DNA from: Eledone cirrhosa | Lineage: Eukaryota | Assembly (NCBI GenBank): GCA_964016885.1 | Contig: OZ024753.1 | Coordinates: 21,638,001 to 21,702,000 of the forward strand | Direction: 5' to 3' | DNA: 64,000 bases | Part shown: one piece after another, positions 1-9,370 of the stretch | Position numbering within the stretch: position 1 is the first letter of the stretch | Layout: every line of letters begins with the position of its first letter | Program-made: the position numbers and the translations under genes | Notes under the pieces: model-generated | Told to the model about the DNA's origin: nothing | Database searches by the model: none | Seen by the model: the letters and a program-made list of their open reading frames with translations, nothing else

Positions 1-2044
1 TTCAATGTAGAAAAGCACTGGGAGTTCCTAAAAAATAAATTACTAAAGGTGACAGACAAGATTTGTGGTTGGAACAAGACCACAGGGAAAAGGAGAGTGA
101 CTTGGTGGTGGAACAATAAGGTAGATGAGGTAATTAAGGCTAAGGGACAAGCATGGAAACAATGGAAGAATGGGGGAAGCAGGGTACATTACATAGAGAC
201 CTGGAGGGAAGCTAGGCGACAAGTATAATTAGCAAGAAGGGAAGTGGAGGATTCAAGCATGTTTTGCAACGTGAGGACCAGAAACAGGAGGTGTTCAGGA
301 TTGTGAGACAGTGTGTCAGAAAGAATCGTGATGTCATTGGTGAGAAGTGTTTCTGGAATGATAAAGGTGAGGTTGCCCTCACAAGTGCTGAGAAGAAAGC
401 TGCATGGAAGAGCCATTATGAAAGATTACTAAATGAGGCGATTGCATGGGAGAAAGAGACCCTACTCCAAGTGGACCCTATAGAGGGCCAAACAATACAA
501 GTCAGCAGCAGCGTAGTAAGTAAGGCAATCAAAGATATGAAGACGGGAAGGCAACCGGTCCATCGGGTATAGCTAGAGGGTATCATACCAAAGGATTGGT
601 GCAGCAGCATCATTGTCAACTGCTACAAAGGTAAAGATAGAGGAAACTATAGAGGTATAAAACTGATGGACCAGGTCATGGAAGTAACAGAAAGAGTTAT
701 AGCACAGTTGATTAGGGACGGGTAAATCTAGATGAGATGCAGTTCAGGTTTGTGCCAGGCAAAAGCACCACTGATGCTCTCTTCCTTGTGAGGCAATTAC
801 AGCAATAGTACCTAGTTAAAAACAAGCTGTTCTACCTGGCATTCGTCGATCTGGAAAAAGCCTTCAACAGAGTTCTCCGTGCTATAATCTGGTGGGCTCT
901 TAGAAAAGTAGGAGTAGATGAATGGCTTGTGAAGGCTGTACAAGCCATGTATAGAGGAGCAGTCAGAAAATTTAGGGGTAACATGACTATAGCGAGGAAT
1001 TTAGCATACAGGTCAGTGTCCACCAGGACTCAGTTCTTAGCCCGCTCCTGTTTATTATCATATTGCAGGCTATAACAGAGGAGTTTAAGACCAGATGCCC
1101 ATGGGAACTTCTGTATGCAGATGATTTTACACTCATATCTGAATCTATGGTGGAACTAGAGAAGAAATTCCAAACATGAAAGAAGGGGTCTTAAAGTCTA
1201 CCTGACAAAGACTAAGTAGAAGAGAAAACAGAACCCAGATCCCTTCAGGGAAATGGCCTTGCTCAGTATGTAGGAAAGGTGTAGGTAGAAATTCCATCCT
1301 CTGCCCCAAATGCAAAATGTGGGTACACAAGTGATGTAGTGGGATCTCAGGAAGTTTAGTTAGGTATATAGTCTTTACATGTAGCAGTTGCACCAGGATA
1401 GTAAACAGCAAACGACTGCAGGGAACAAGTGCTGCCAAATTCTGGGAGGGCCCTGTAGAAACAGTAAATAGCTTCTGCTACTTAGGTGACTGAATTAGCA
1501 TCGAAGATGAGTGTTCTGAAAGTACATTAGCCAGAGTAAGAATGGGATGGAGGAAGTTCAGGGAGCTACTACCACTGCTGGCTACAAAAGGCAGAATAAA
1601 AGGCAGTCTGTATGTTGCGTGCATACAAACAGCAATGTTGCATGGTAGTGAGACCTGGGCACTGTGTGCAGAAGACTTGCAGAAAGAAATGAAGCTTGCA
1701 TGCTCCGATGGATGTGTAATAGTAATATATGGGAATGGCAAAGCATAAACAAATTGAGAGAGAAACTAGGCATAAGAGGAATCAAATGCTGTGTGTAGGA
1801 GAGGAGATTACGTTGATATGGACATGTGATGCGTATGAAGGATGACAGCTGCATAAAAGGGTGCAGAACATTCAAAGTCAATGAAAGGCTTGGAGTGGGG
1901 AGACCCAGAAAGACCTGGGATGCAGTAATAAAAGCTGATCTTGCTCAATTACACCTCTCAAAGGTGATGACACAAGACCAAGATCTCTGGCGTTACACAG
2001 TAATACAGAAGACCCAACTTCTCACGGGCACAGGCCATAGCTGA
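1..2044 (+). mobile_element. Decayed RTE-type non-LTR retrotransposon, RT and C-terminal region (multiple stops and frameshifts; starts before the window)
   Basis: RT motifs across frames: NYRGIKL (~645), AFVDLEKAF (~840-865), HQDSVLSP (1021), LLYADD (YADD 1114-1125). Cys-rich CSVCRKGVGRNSILCPKCKMWVHK (~1260-1330), FCYLG (~1473), LHGSETW (~1640), GRPRKTW (~1900). Confidence 0.9.
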
Positions 2045-2066
2045 AAATATATATACATTACGCCCC

Positions 2067-2288
2067 CACCCCCTCCCTCTGTAAAGTGGTTGTGTAGGTG
2101 TCACAACAAAAAGCACCCCCTCCCTCTGTAAAGTGGTCATGTAGGTGTCACAACAAAAAGCACCCCCTCCTTCTGTAAAGTGGTTGTGTAGGTGTCATAT
2201 CAAAAAGCACCCAGTCCACACTGCAAAGTGGTCGTGTAGGTGTCATGAGAAAAAGCACCCAGTCCAGTCCACACTGTAAATGTGGTTG
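2067..2288 (+). repeat. 47-bp tandem repeat, ~4.6 copies (caccccctccctctgtaaagtggttgtgtaggtgtcacaacaaaaag)
   Basis: Unit starts at 2067, 2114, 2161, 2208 and 2256. Confidence 0.95.
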
Positions 2289-2412
2289 GCTTTAGGAAAA
2301 GCATCCAGCTGTAGAAACCAAGCCCAAATCAATTCTGTATGAGCAAGACATGGTCACCTGACCCAGCATTGGCCACAATAGGTCAACTTGTCTAACCCAT
2401 GCTAGTGTGTAC
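2250..2412 (+). mobile_element. 3' part of a cephalopod-type SINE whose internal segment forms the 47-bp repeat
   Basis: aaaaagcaccc...gtggttggctttaggaaaagcatccagctgtagaaacc...aacccatgctag resembles a recalled octopus SINE 3' region. Family assignment is from memory and was not searched. Confidence 0.55.
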
Positions 2413-2649
2413 ATACAGAACTAATTTTGGCTTGTTTTATTATGTGTTTGTTTTGGAGACATGTTTCGTAGGTTAGAATCGTGTGAACCAAATAATACCA
2501 AACTGCTCCTGGCTCTATGATATAAAACTTTCTTTTAAAATGTTTATAGTTATCTAAAAGCATTTTATGAGAGAGCCTTTGTTAAGTTATACTCCAAACA
2601 CCAACTTAATATCGCACCTCACAACATCTGAAGCCTGAGGCTCATCAAG

Positions 2650-2868
2650 CTGGGGCTTATCTTGATTTCCTGACATAAAGCGACTGAGAATACAAGACTC
2701 CCCCTGGACAGGATGCCAGTCCATTGCAGGGTTAAACTTCCAGCAATTGCTGGTACTTATATTCAGCTGGGTTTACTTGAGCAATGTGAAATGCAGTGTT
2801 TTTCTCAAGAACACAACACACAACATTATGATTGTAAGTCAAACACCCTAACCACTAGGCCACACACC
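2650..2868 (-). mobile_element. tRNA-derived SINE (second family) with a conserved central domain
   Basis: Minus strand begins gtggcctagtggttagg (A box), then gtgttcttgagaaaaacact and aaccctgcaatggactggcatcctgtccaggggg, motifs typical of metazoan SINE superfamily cores. B-box region appears deleted. Confidence 0.65.
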
Positions 2869-3254
2869 TCTAATAACTTAATAACAAGAAAGTTAATTAT
2901 TTGACTGAATATATTCAAATTATTGATTTTCAAAGTTATTTGAAACTGGTATTTTCTTTTTACTATGATAAAATGCTTTGAATACTAAAAACAGTCATAA
3001 CTAAATCTTATAGATACCCCCGCACCAAATGTAAATAAGTTTGTTAGTACATGCCTGGTTGTGTTTGACATATTGTTAAACACATTATAAGTGTGTATGG
3101 CTGAAGTACACTAAGACGAATCTAATAGTAAAGATTATATATTTAGTCTTTATTGTATAAAATAAACATGTTTAACAATTTATACATGTTTAGATTGTGT
3201 AGAAGAGGATATATATCTAAATATGCCGGAAAAGTTTATAAAATTATATATAAT

Positions 3255-3362
3255 TATTATAGTTAAGATATAAACTAGTTTTACTGTGTAATTCCATGTT
3301 TGTATTGGGAATATTTTGTACAGTTTGGAGCTGTGTGGGTAAAAGAGGGTTTATATTATATT
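3255..3362 (+). repeat. Copy of a degenerate AT-rich local repeat, separated from its siblings by LINE/SINE insertions
   Basis: agatataaactagtttta...catgtttgtattgggaatattttgtacagtttggagctgtgtg recurs at ~4716-4790. Confidence 0.7.
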
Positions 3363-3374
3363 ATAGGTGGAGTC

Positions 3375-4015
3375 TTTACGAAGGTCCGACTTCCACACCG
3401 ATCTCAAGCTGTGGCACGCCGCCCAGGCTTTGCTCTTCCTCTCAACTACATCATCTTCCGTATTCCCAATCTTTGCTCCCAAATAGAGGAAGTCCTCAAC
3501 CAATTCTAGCGGCTTCCCGCCTACATTAGTGATCCCTTCTGGCTTCTCAACATTCTCTACCAGATATTTTGTTTTAGTCTCATTCATTGCTGTAGTGGAG
3601 TCTCTGCTGCTGTACGGGTCTGAGACTTGGACACTGACCGAGAAACTCACTCAGATGGTGGATGGGTGCTACACAAGAATACTGAGGATGGCTCTGAACA
3701 TTAATCAGTATACACTGAGGATGAAAAACTCAGAGCTGTATGGGAGCCTCCCAAAAGTTAGCTCAAAAGTGACACAGAGGAGACTGAGGTTAGCTGGACA
3801 TGCTCACCAACATCCAGAGTTGACATTGTACTCAGTGCTCCTGTGGGAGCCCCTACATGGACACACTGGAAGAGGAAGACCAAGGTTAACGTATGTTGAT
3901 GCCCTAAGGACAGACACTGGTCTGTTGGAGACGCAGGACATGGCAGCGATAATGAGGGACAGAGACCACTGGAGAGAACTAGTCCATGGATTTCGGGAAT
4001 TTTACCCGCCCTAGA
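3375..4015 (+). mobile_element. 5'-truncated RTE-like LINE with an inverted 5' segment (~3375-3585 on minus) and a 12-bp TSD
   Basis: Plus strand: FIAVVESLLLYGSETW...RLRLAGH...GRGRPRLTY to the stop at 4014. Minus strand: NETKTKYL...VEDFLYLG...AWAACHSLRSVWKS. Direct repeat ataggtggagtc at 3363-3374 and 4016-4027. Confidence 0.85.
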
Positions 4016-4160
4016 ATAGGTGGAGTCATTAGAATATAGGATAGAATGCTTTATGGTATTCCAGCTCTCTGCCCTGAGTTCAAATCCCGCTGAGGTCAAC
4101 TTTGCCTTTCATTCTTTCAAGGTCAATAAAAAAAGTACGAGTTTGTACTGGGGTGGATTT
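4016..4160 (+). mobile_element. tRNA-derived SINE, family A
   Basis: B box gagttcaaatccc (~4077-4089) followed by gaggtcaactttgcctttcattc...aagtacgagtttgtactgggg. Homologous to the copies at 10731, 11581, 13112 and 62141. Confidence 0.85.
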
Positions 4161-4504
4161 TTCCTCTCCCTGGTAGAAATCTGCTGTACTCAGGCTTGTA
4201 GAGGGATGGGCAGCGCCAGGCTTACAATGCCCAAGAAATGCTGTATGTCAGTACGGTGCTCCTACAATTCTATCAGGAGTTACGGGACCATACATTATAT
4301 TATGTCTATATTTGACACTTTAGGAAATTATAATTTAATCACTTTAGTTAACATATGAACTAAATTTATTATGTGACAACATGTGTGTTTATGTTGAGTT
4401 AGTTTTGTGTTAAGGGTGAAGTGATTACATAAAATACTACAGAAATATATTCTAGATATGACAATATATGAGTATATAAAATTATATCATATAATGGTTT
4501 CAAT

Positions 4505-4890
4505 GAATATAGTTAAGATAGAAACTAGTTTGTATAGGAGATATTTTGTACAGTTTGGAGCAGTGTGTAATGGCTATAGTTCAGATATAAACTAGTTTTA
4601 CTATGTGAAAACAAGTTTGCTTTTATTGGAAATATGTTGTACACTTTGAATAGGTAAATATTGTATTGTATCTAAATCTGACTGAAAAGCGTTTAAGATT
4701 ATATGGTAGACTATAAGATATAAACTAGTTTTATGTGTCAGTTCATGTTTGTATTGGGAATATTTTGTACAGTTTAGAGCTGTGTGTGGGTGAAATGGTT
4801 GTATAAAAGAGGATATGTTTTATATAATATATTATAATAGACTATAGTAAACATGTATGTTTCTATTGAAAATATGTTGTAGTTTAGAGC
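4505..4890 (+). repeat. Degenerate AT-rich tandem repeat (3-4 partial units)
   Basis: Recurrent tatagttaagatataaactagtttt and atattttgtacagttt(g/a)gagc blocks at ~4510, 4575, 4712 and 4843. Confidence 0.65.
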
Positions 4891-4946
4891 TTATTCTTGG
4901 GAAGGTGGTGGTGGCAAAATCCTCAAACACTCCTTCCAGTAGGTTC

Positions 4947-5766
4947 TTGTCAGAAGCAACCATCTCCAATTGAGTTGACCCTGATCTCTATGTGAGACCA
5001 GCTGAGCTCCTATCAGAAACAACGTCCAATTGAGCTGACCCTGATCTCTATGTGAGACCAGCTGAGCTCCTATCAGAAGCAACGTCCAATTGAGCTGACC
5101 CTGATCTCTATGTGAGACCAACTGAGCTCATATCAGAAACAACCTCCAATTGAGCTGACCCTGATCTCTATGTGAGACCAACTGAGCTCCTATCAGAAAC
5201 AACGTCCAATTGAGCTGATCCTGATCTCTATGTGAGACCAGCTGAGCTCATATCAGAAACAACGTCCAATTGAGCTGACCCTGATCTCTATGTGAGACCA
5301 GCTGAGCTCCTATCAGAAACAACGTCCAATTGAGCTGACCCTGATCTCTATGTGAGACCAGCTGAGCTCCTATCAGAAACAACCTCCAATTGAGCTGACC
5401 CTGATCTCCATGTGAGACCAGCTGAGTTCCTATCAGAAACAACGTCCAATTGAGCTGACCCTGATCTCCATGTGAGACCAGCTGAGCTCCTATCAGAAAC
5501 AACCTCCAATTGAGCTGACCCTGATCTCCTATCAGAAACAACATCCAATTGAGCTGACCCTGATCTCCATGTGAGACCAGCTGAGCTCCTATCAGAAACA
5601 ACGTCCAATTGAGCTGACCCTGATCTACATGTGAGACGAGCTGAGCTCCTATCAGAAACAACCTCCAATTGAGCTGACCCTGATCTCTATGTTAGACCAG
5701 CTGAGCTCCTATCAGAAACAACGTCCAATTGAGCTGACTCTGATCTCCATGTGAGACCAGCTGAAT
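4947..5766. repeat. 60-bp minisatellite, ~14 copies (ccaattgagctgaccctgatctctatgtgagaccagctgagctcctatcagaaacaacgt)
   Basis: Successive 60-nt lines are nearly identical from 4981 to 5520. One unit carries a 21-bp deletion at ~5528. Confidence 0.97.
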
Positions 5767-5889
5767 TCATCTTCCAACATATTATTTTATTTGAGAAGTG
5801 TAAGTTAAATTAGTATCTTAGTATTGAATTAATAATTCCCTTCAAATACTTCATTAATTAATTAAAATACCATATATTATATATATATA

Positions 5890-6066
5890 TGGCAAAGAAG
5901 GGTTTCTCCCTGCGTACGAAAGGCTGGTTACACGATGCCTGTGTGAGATGCGTGATGCTGCATGGTAGTGAGACATGGGCAGCAACTGCAGAGGATATGT
6001 GATGGCTAGAGAGAAATGAAGCAAGCATGCTCCGTTGGATGTGCAATGTCAATGTGCATGAACGAC
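5890..6066 (+). mobile_element. Short RTE-type LINE fragment next to a (TA)n tract
   Basis: Translates AKKGFSLRTKGWLHDACVRCVMLHGSETWAATAEDM*WLERNEASMLRWMC, homologous to 1580-1720. Confidence 0.85.
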
Positions 6067-6403
6067 AATTTTTAAAGTTCTAGTTAAACTTTAATTAGTT
6101 ACCTACCTAGTTATGTGTGCTTACACACTTTTACAAACTATTCCCTGTGATTGTTTCATATGTTTATTTTAGATATATATATATGTCAATCAATTTCTAG
6201 TTGATATAAAATGCTCGGATCTATTCATATTCTTGGAGCATATTCTACAGTGGATATGGCGCATGTCTCTCTGACAGGACACCCTTAATTTAATTTTGTA
6301 TATATATATATATATATATAACAAAGGAATTGTGGTAAGGAACCAGATGGACCAAAACGCTCCAGAGTACTCAATACTTAGGGTAGTAGAGTGGGAAAAA
6401 GGA

Positions 6404-6516
6404 AAAAGTATGACCCCGACGGCAGAGCTCAAGCCGGTTCGACGGCTATTTCTGGACTCTGAGTCCAGAAATAGCCGTCGAACCGGCTTGAGCTCTGCCG
6501 TCGGGGTCATACTTTT
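6404..6516. repeat. Perfect inverted repeat: 56-bp arms, 1-nt spacer (centre 6460)
   Basis: aaaagtatgacc...tctggactc T gagtccaga...ggtcatactttt. The same peptide appears in the + and - ORFs. Confidence 0.97.
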
Positions 6517-6593
6517 ACCTATTTATATATATATAGAGATAGATAGATAGATATGTTTTTTTATGTAGATAGATAGATAGATATATGTATGTA

Positions 6594-8718
6594 TGTTCTT
6601 CTGGTTTTATAATTTCACAAATTTTTACCAATAGAGAGAGTCGGTTTCTAACATAGGCACAAGACTCTCTCATTGGAATTTACACAACATCAACTAGGTA
6701 GATTATGTATGTATGTCTGCATGTGTAGATATGGATATTATTGTATGTTTTAAGTTGTATGTGTGCATGTGTATATGCCTTGTATCTGTACATGTGTATA
6801 TGCAGTTATTAGATGCAACATTTTTGGAATGTTTTACATATTTTTTACTGTTCCATTAATGGATTATACTTGTAATTTCCTAACAAGTTGTGTTCTTTCT
6901 GTTCCTGTGAAGCCTAGCTTCTCAAGATTTGTATTGAAGCAGTTACTAACATGCCCCAGTGCCCCAATAATCACAGGCATAAATCTGAAGGTGTAATCAG
7001 GGTGGAGTATCTGCAGATTTCTCATCAGTTCTGCATAAATATTCTCCTTTTTGCTAATCTTTGATATTATATTGGCATCTGCTGGGCAGCTAACTTCCAC
7101 TACTGTGCATGCTTTCTTTTCCCTGTCCCATATTATAATATCTGGTCTGTTATGCCTGCATTTTATTGGGGTTTTTACTGGAACATTCCACCAATACTCT
7201 TTCATATTATGTATATGGATGTCTTCCACATTGCTGTAGCTTTTAATGTGTTTATTATCGGGGCTATCTTTTCTACAGATTGCATTGTACAGTATTTTGG
7301 CCACTACATCATACCTCATAGGTAGATAGTACCGCGATGACATCTTTGGGCAGCTGCTGATGACATGGGTGACATCTTCGATGTTAATTCTGCAGAGTCT
7401 GCACTTGTTATCACATCTAGGTGTTTTGCCTGCATCCCTATCTCTTTTGTGAATAAGGTACTTCGTGTTGATTTCCTGTTCTTGGATTGCAAAACGTATC
7501 CTTCAAAGTGGGAGCCAATATAGCGGTTGTTGGTCCAAGATAGACTACTTTCCTTATCTATATTACTCTCACTCTGGAGCTTCTTGGCAACATATCCATG
7601 CATGATTTTTTGCTAATAAGCATGGAGTTTTTCATCCATGGATTCACTGCAATACTGCTGAGCAACTTCGCTGGGTGTGAGTTTTTGATTATCACACAGG
7701 GAATATCTCTCGAGGAGTTCCTTCCCAACTCTCATGATCTTATCTGTTTCATGCAGATAGACTTGCTCGAGAGACGGGCTCCTACGCTTCGAGGTTCGTA
7801 GATGTTGTCGGAGAGATATGATGCGACTTTCAAATGCTGTCTGGACTGATGTTAGGCGCTCTTCCTCCCTGCTTATGTTTCTGGTGTTGTTTAGTATTTT
7901 TCGAGTTCCAACATCAACTGCTCGGATTTCGTCTATCGTCCAGTTGTGTATTCCAAATGTTGGTGTTAGGACAGGTGCAGCAAACACATTGTCAGCCACT
8001 GTTTTGTTTTGCACAGAGAGTTCCGATGACTAAATCTTTCTTAATCGGGTGTAGTATTCCTTGGTTACGCGTTCCTTATTACAGATACCACTATAGGATA
8101 TGTTGTCATCTATCCACAGGTATCTGTAGCAGTCCTCATCAGATATCGGTGAAACAGTTAGGCCATTGATGACAATGTTGCTAGATTGGGTTGTAGTTTT
8201 TCCCCGCTTTACAGTCATGCATGAGCATTTATCTTGGCCAAACTCCATTCCTATATCCTTTGAGAACGTTGTAACCAGGTCAAGATTTTTCTTCATCCCA
8301 TCCATGTTCTTGGCATAGTGTTTCAGATCATCCACAAATAAATTATGGGTTAGGTTCCTATTTCTGTCCTCCTGTGAGCCAATGATGTATCCCTCACATT
8401 TCTTGAGCAGAAAGGACAAGGGATTTAGAGACAGCATGAATAATATCACAGAGAGACTGTCCCCCTGAAATATACCCCTGCAATATTTTATTTTATCAGT
8501 GAAAATTGAGTCCTCCCTTTATGTCTTTAACATTAGGATAGTAGCCCAAGAAGACAGCTTCTCTATGGCTGACAATAATGTCTGGGACTTTAGCAAGTTG
8601 GAGGGCCTCTATCATCCAAGAGTGGGGAGCAGAATCGAAAGCTTTCCTGTAGTCCCCCTGATTGTAATCATATTCCCCTTAAGTTGTCGCACCTCCGACA
8701 TCGCAGTTTTGTTGATAA
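6594..8718 (-). mobile_element. R4/Dong-type (REL endonuclease) LINE, copy A: 5'-truncated, RT + CCHC finger + endonuclease + 3' UTR, decayed
   Basis: Minus strand: KAFDSAPHSWMIEAL (~8600-8645), RGIFQGDSLS (~8452-8480), LFVDDLK (~8325-8345), CRLCRINIEDVTHVISSC (~7350-7403), RYDVVAK, RPDIIIWDREKKACTVVEVSCP. Both ends lie in TA/TATG microsatellite. Confidence 0.88.
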
Positions 8719-8736
8719 TGTATATATGTATGTTAT

Positions 8737-9285
8737 GTAGGGTCACTCTTGAGTGCTACTGGTAACATGTAACCCCCCAGTACAACCTGTCGCATGGTTG
8801 GGTCGTCGGCGACAAAACCGGCAATCCCACCAAGTTTACTTGGTGGGGAGGGTGATTTTGGATACACTGCAGGACAAAAAACAAAATCTGACAAAGAGCG
8901 GTAGAACTCGTAAGAGTCAACAGCCATCCGAAAGTGTGTAAATATGTATATACACATGTACATATGTATGTATATATGTATATACATGGGTGCATGTGTG
9001 TGTATATGCGCGGGAACATAAAAACAGACGGGCTGGACACCCTATCGCGTGGTTAAACCACTGGGAGTGAAGGAGCCCTAGCCTTTGTCAGGACATTCTT
9101 CTAGGAGAAGGCAACTCAGGAAACTGGGATAACTCCTATATAAAACCTGCGGCTCAGTAGTTACTGATGATGTTGATCTTTTCTTCTTTTCGGGTTATAG
9201 CTACTGTCGCTCAGAGAGTGGGATTGGCTCAGTGCACAGTCTTTCCTCACTTTAAAAAATATCTTCATGCATAGGCATTGCATGA
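8737..9285 (+). mobile_element. Dispersed repeat, probably an RTE-type LINE 5' UTR or non-autonomous derivative, interrupted by a TA/TG microsatellite
   Basis: Homologous to 63470-63900 (minus): ctactggtaacatgta...ccagtacaacctgtc, tagcctttgtca, ctaggagaagg(c/a)aaactc, gagagtggga(t/c)tggct. The RTE link is inferred from the recalled aggagaaggaaaactc motif. Confidence 0.6.
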
Positions 9286-9370
9286 TGGAATTAATTAATA
9301 ATGTTATATCATGCAATGGCCATACTCGATAACAAGGGGGCAGCCATCATACATGTATGTATGTATATAT

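Noticed and set aside
4891-5668. Repetitive ORFs as real proteins
   Set aside because: They arise from the 60-bp minisatellite, are interrupted by stops, and show no recognisable domain or splice support.
6190-6550. Identical peptide on both strands
   Set aside because: This is a direct consequence of the palindrome.
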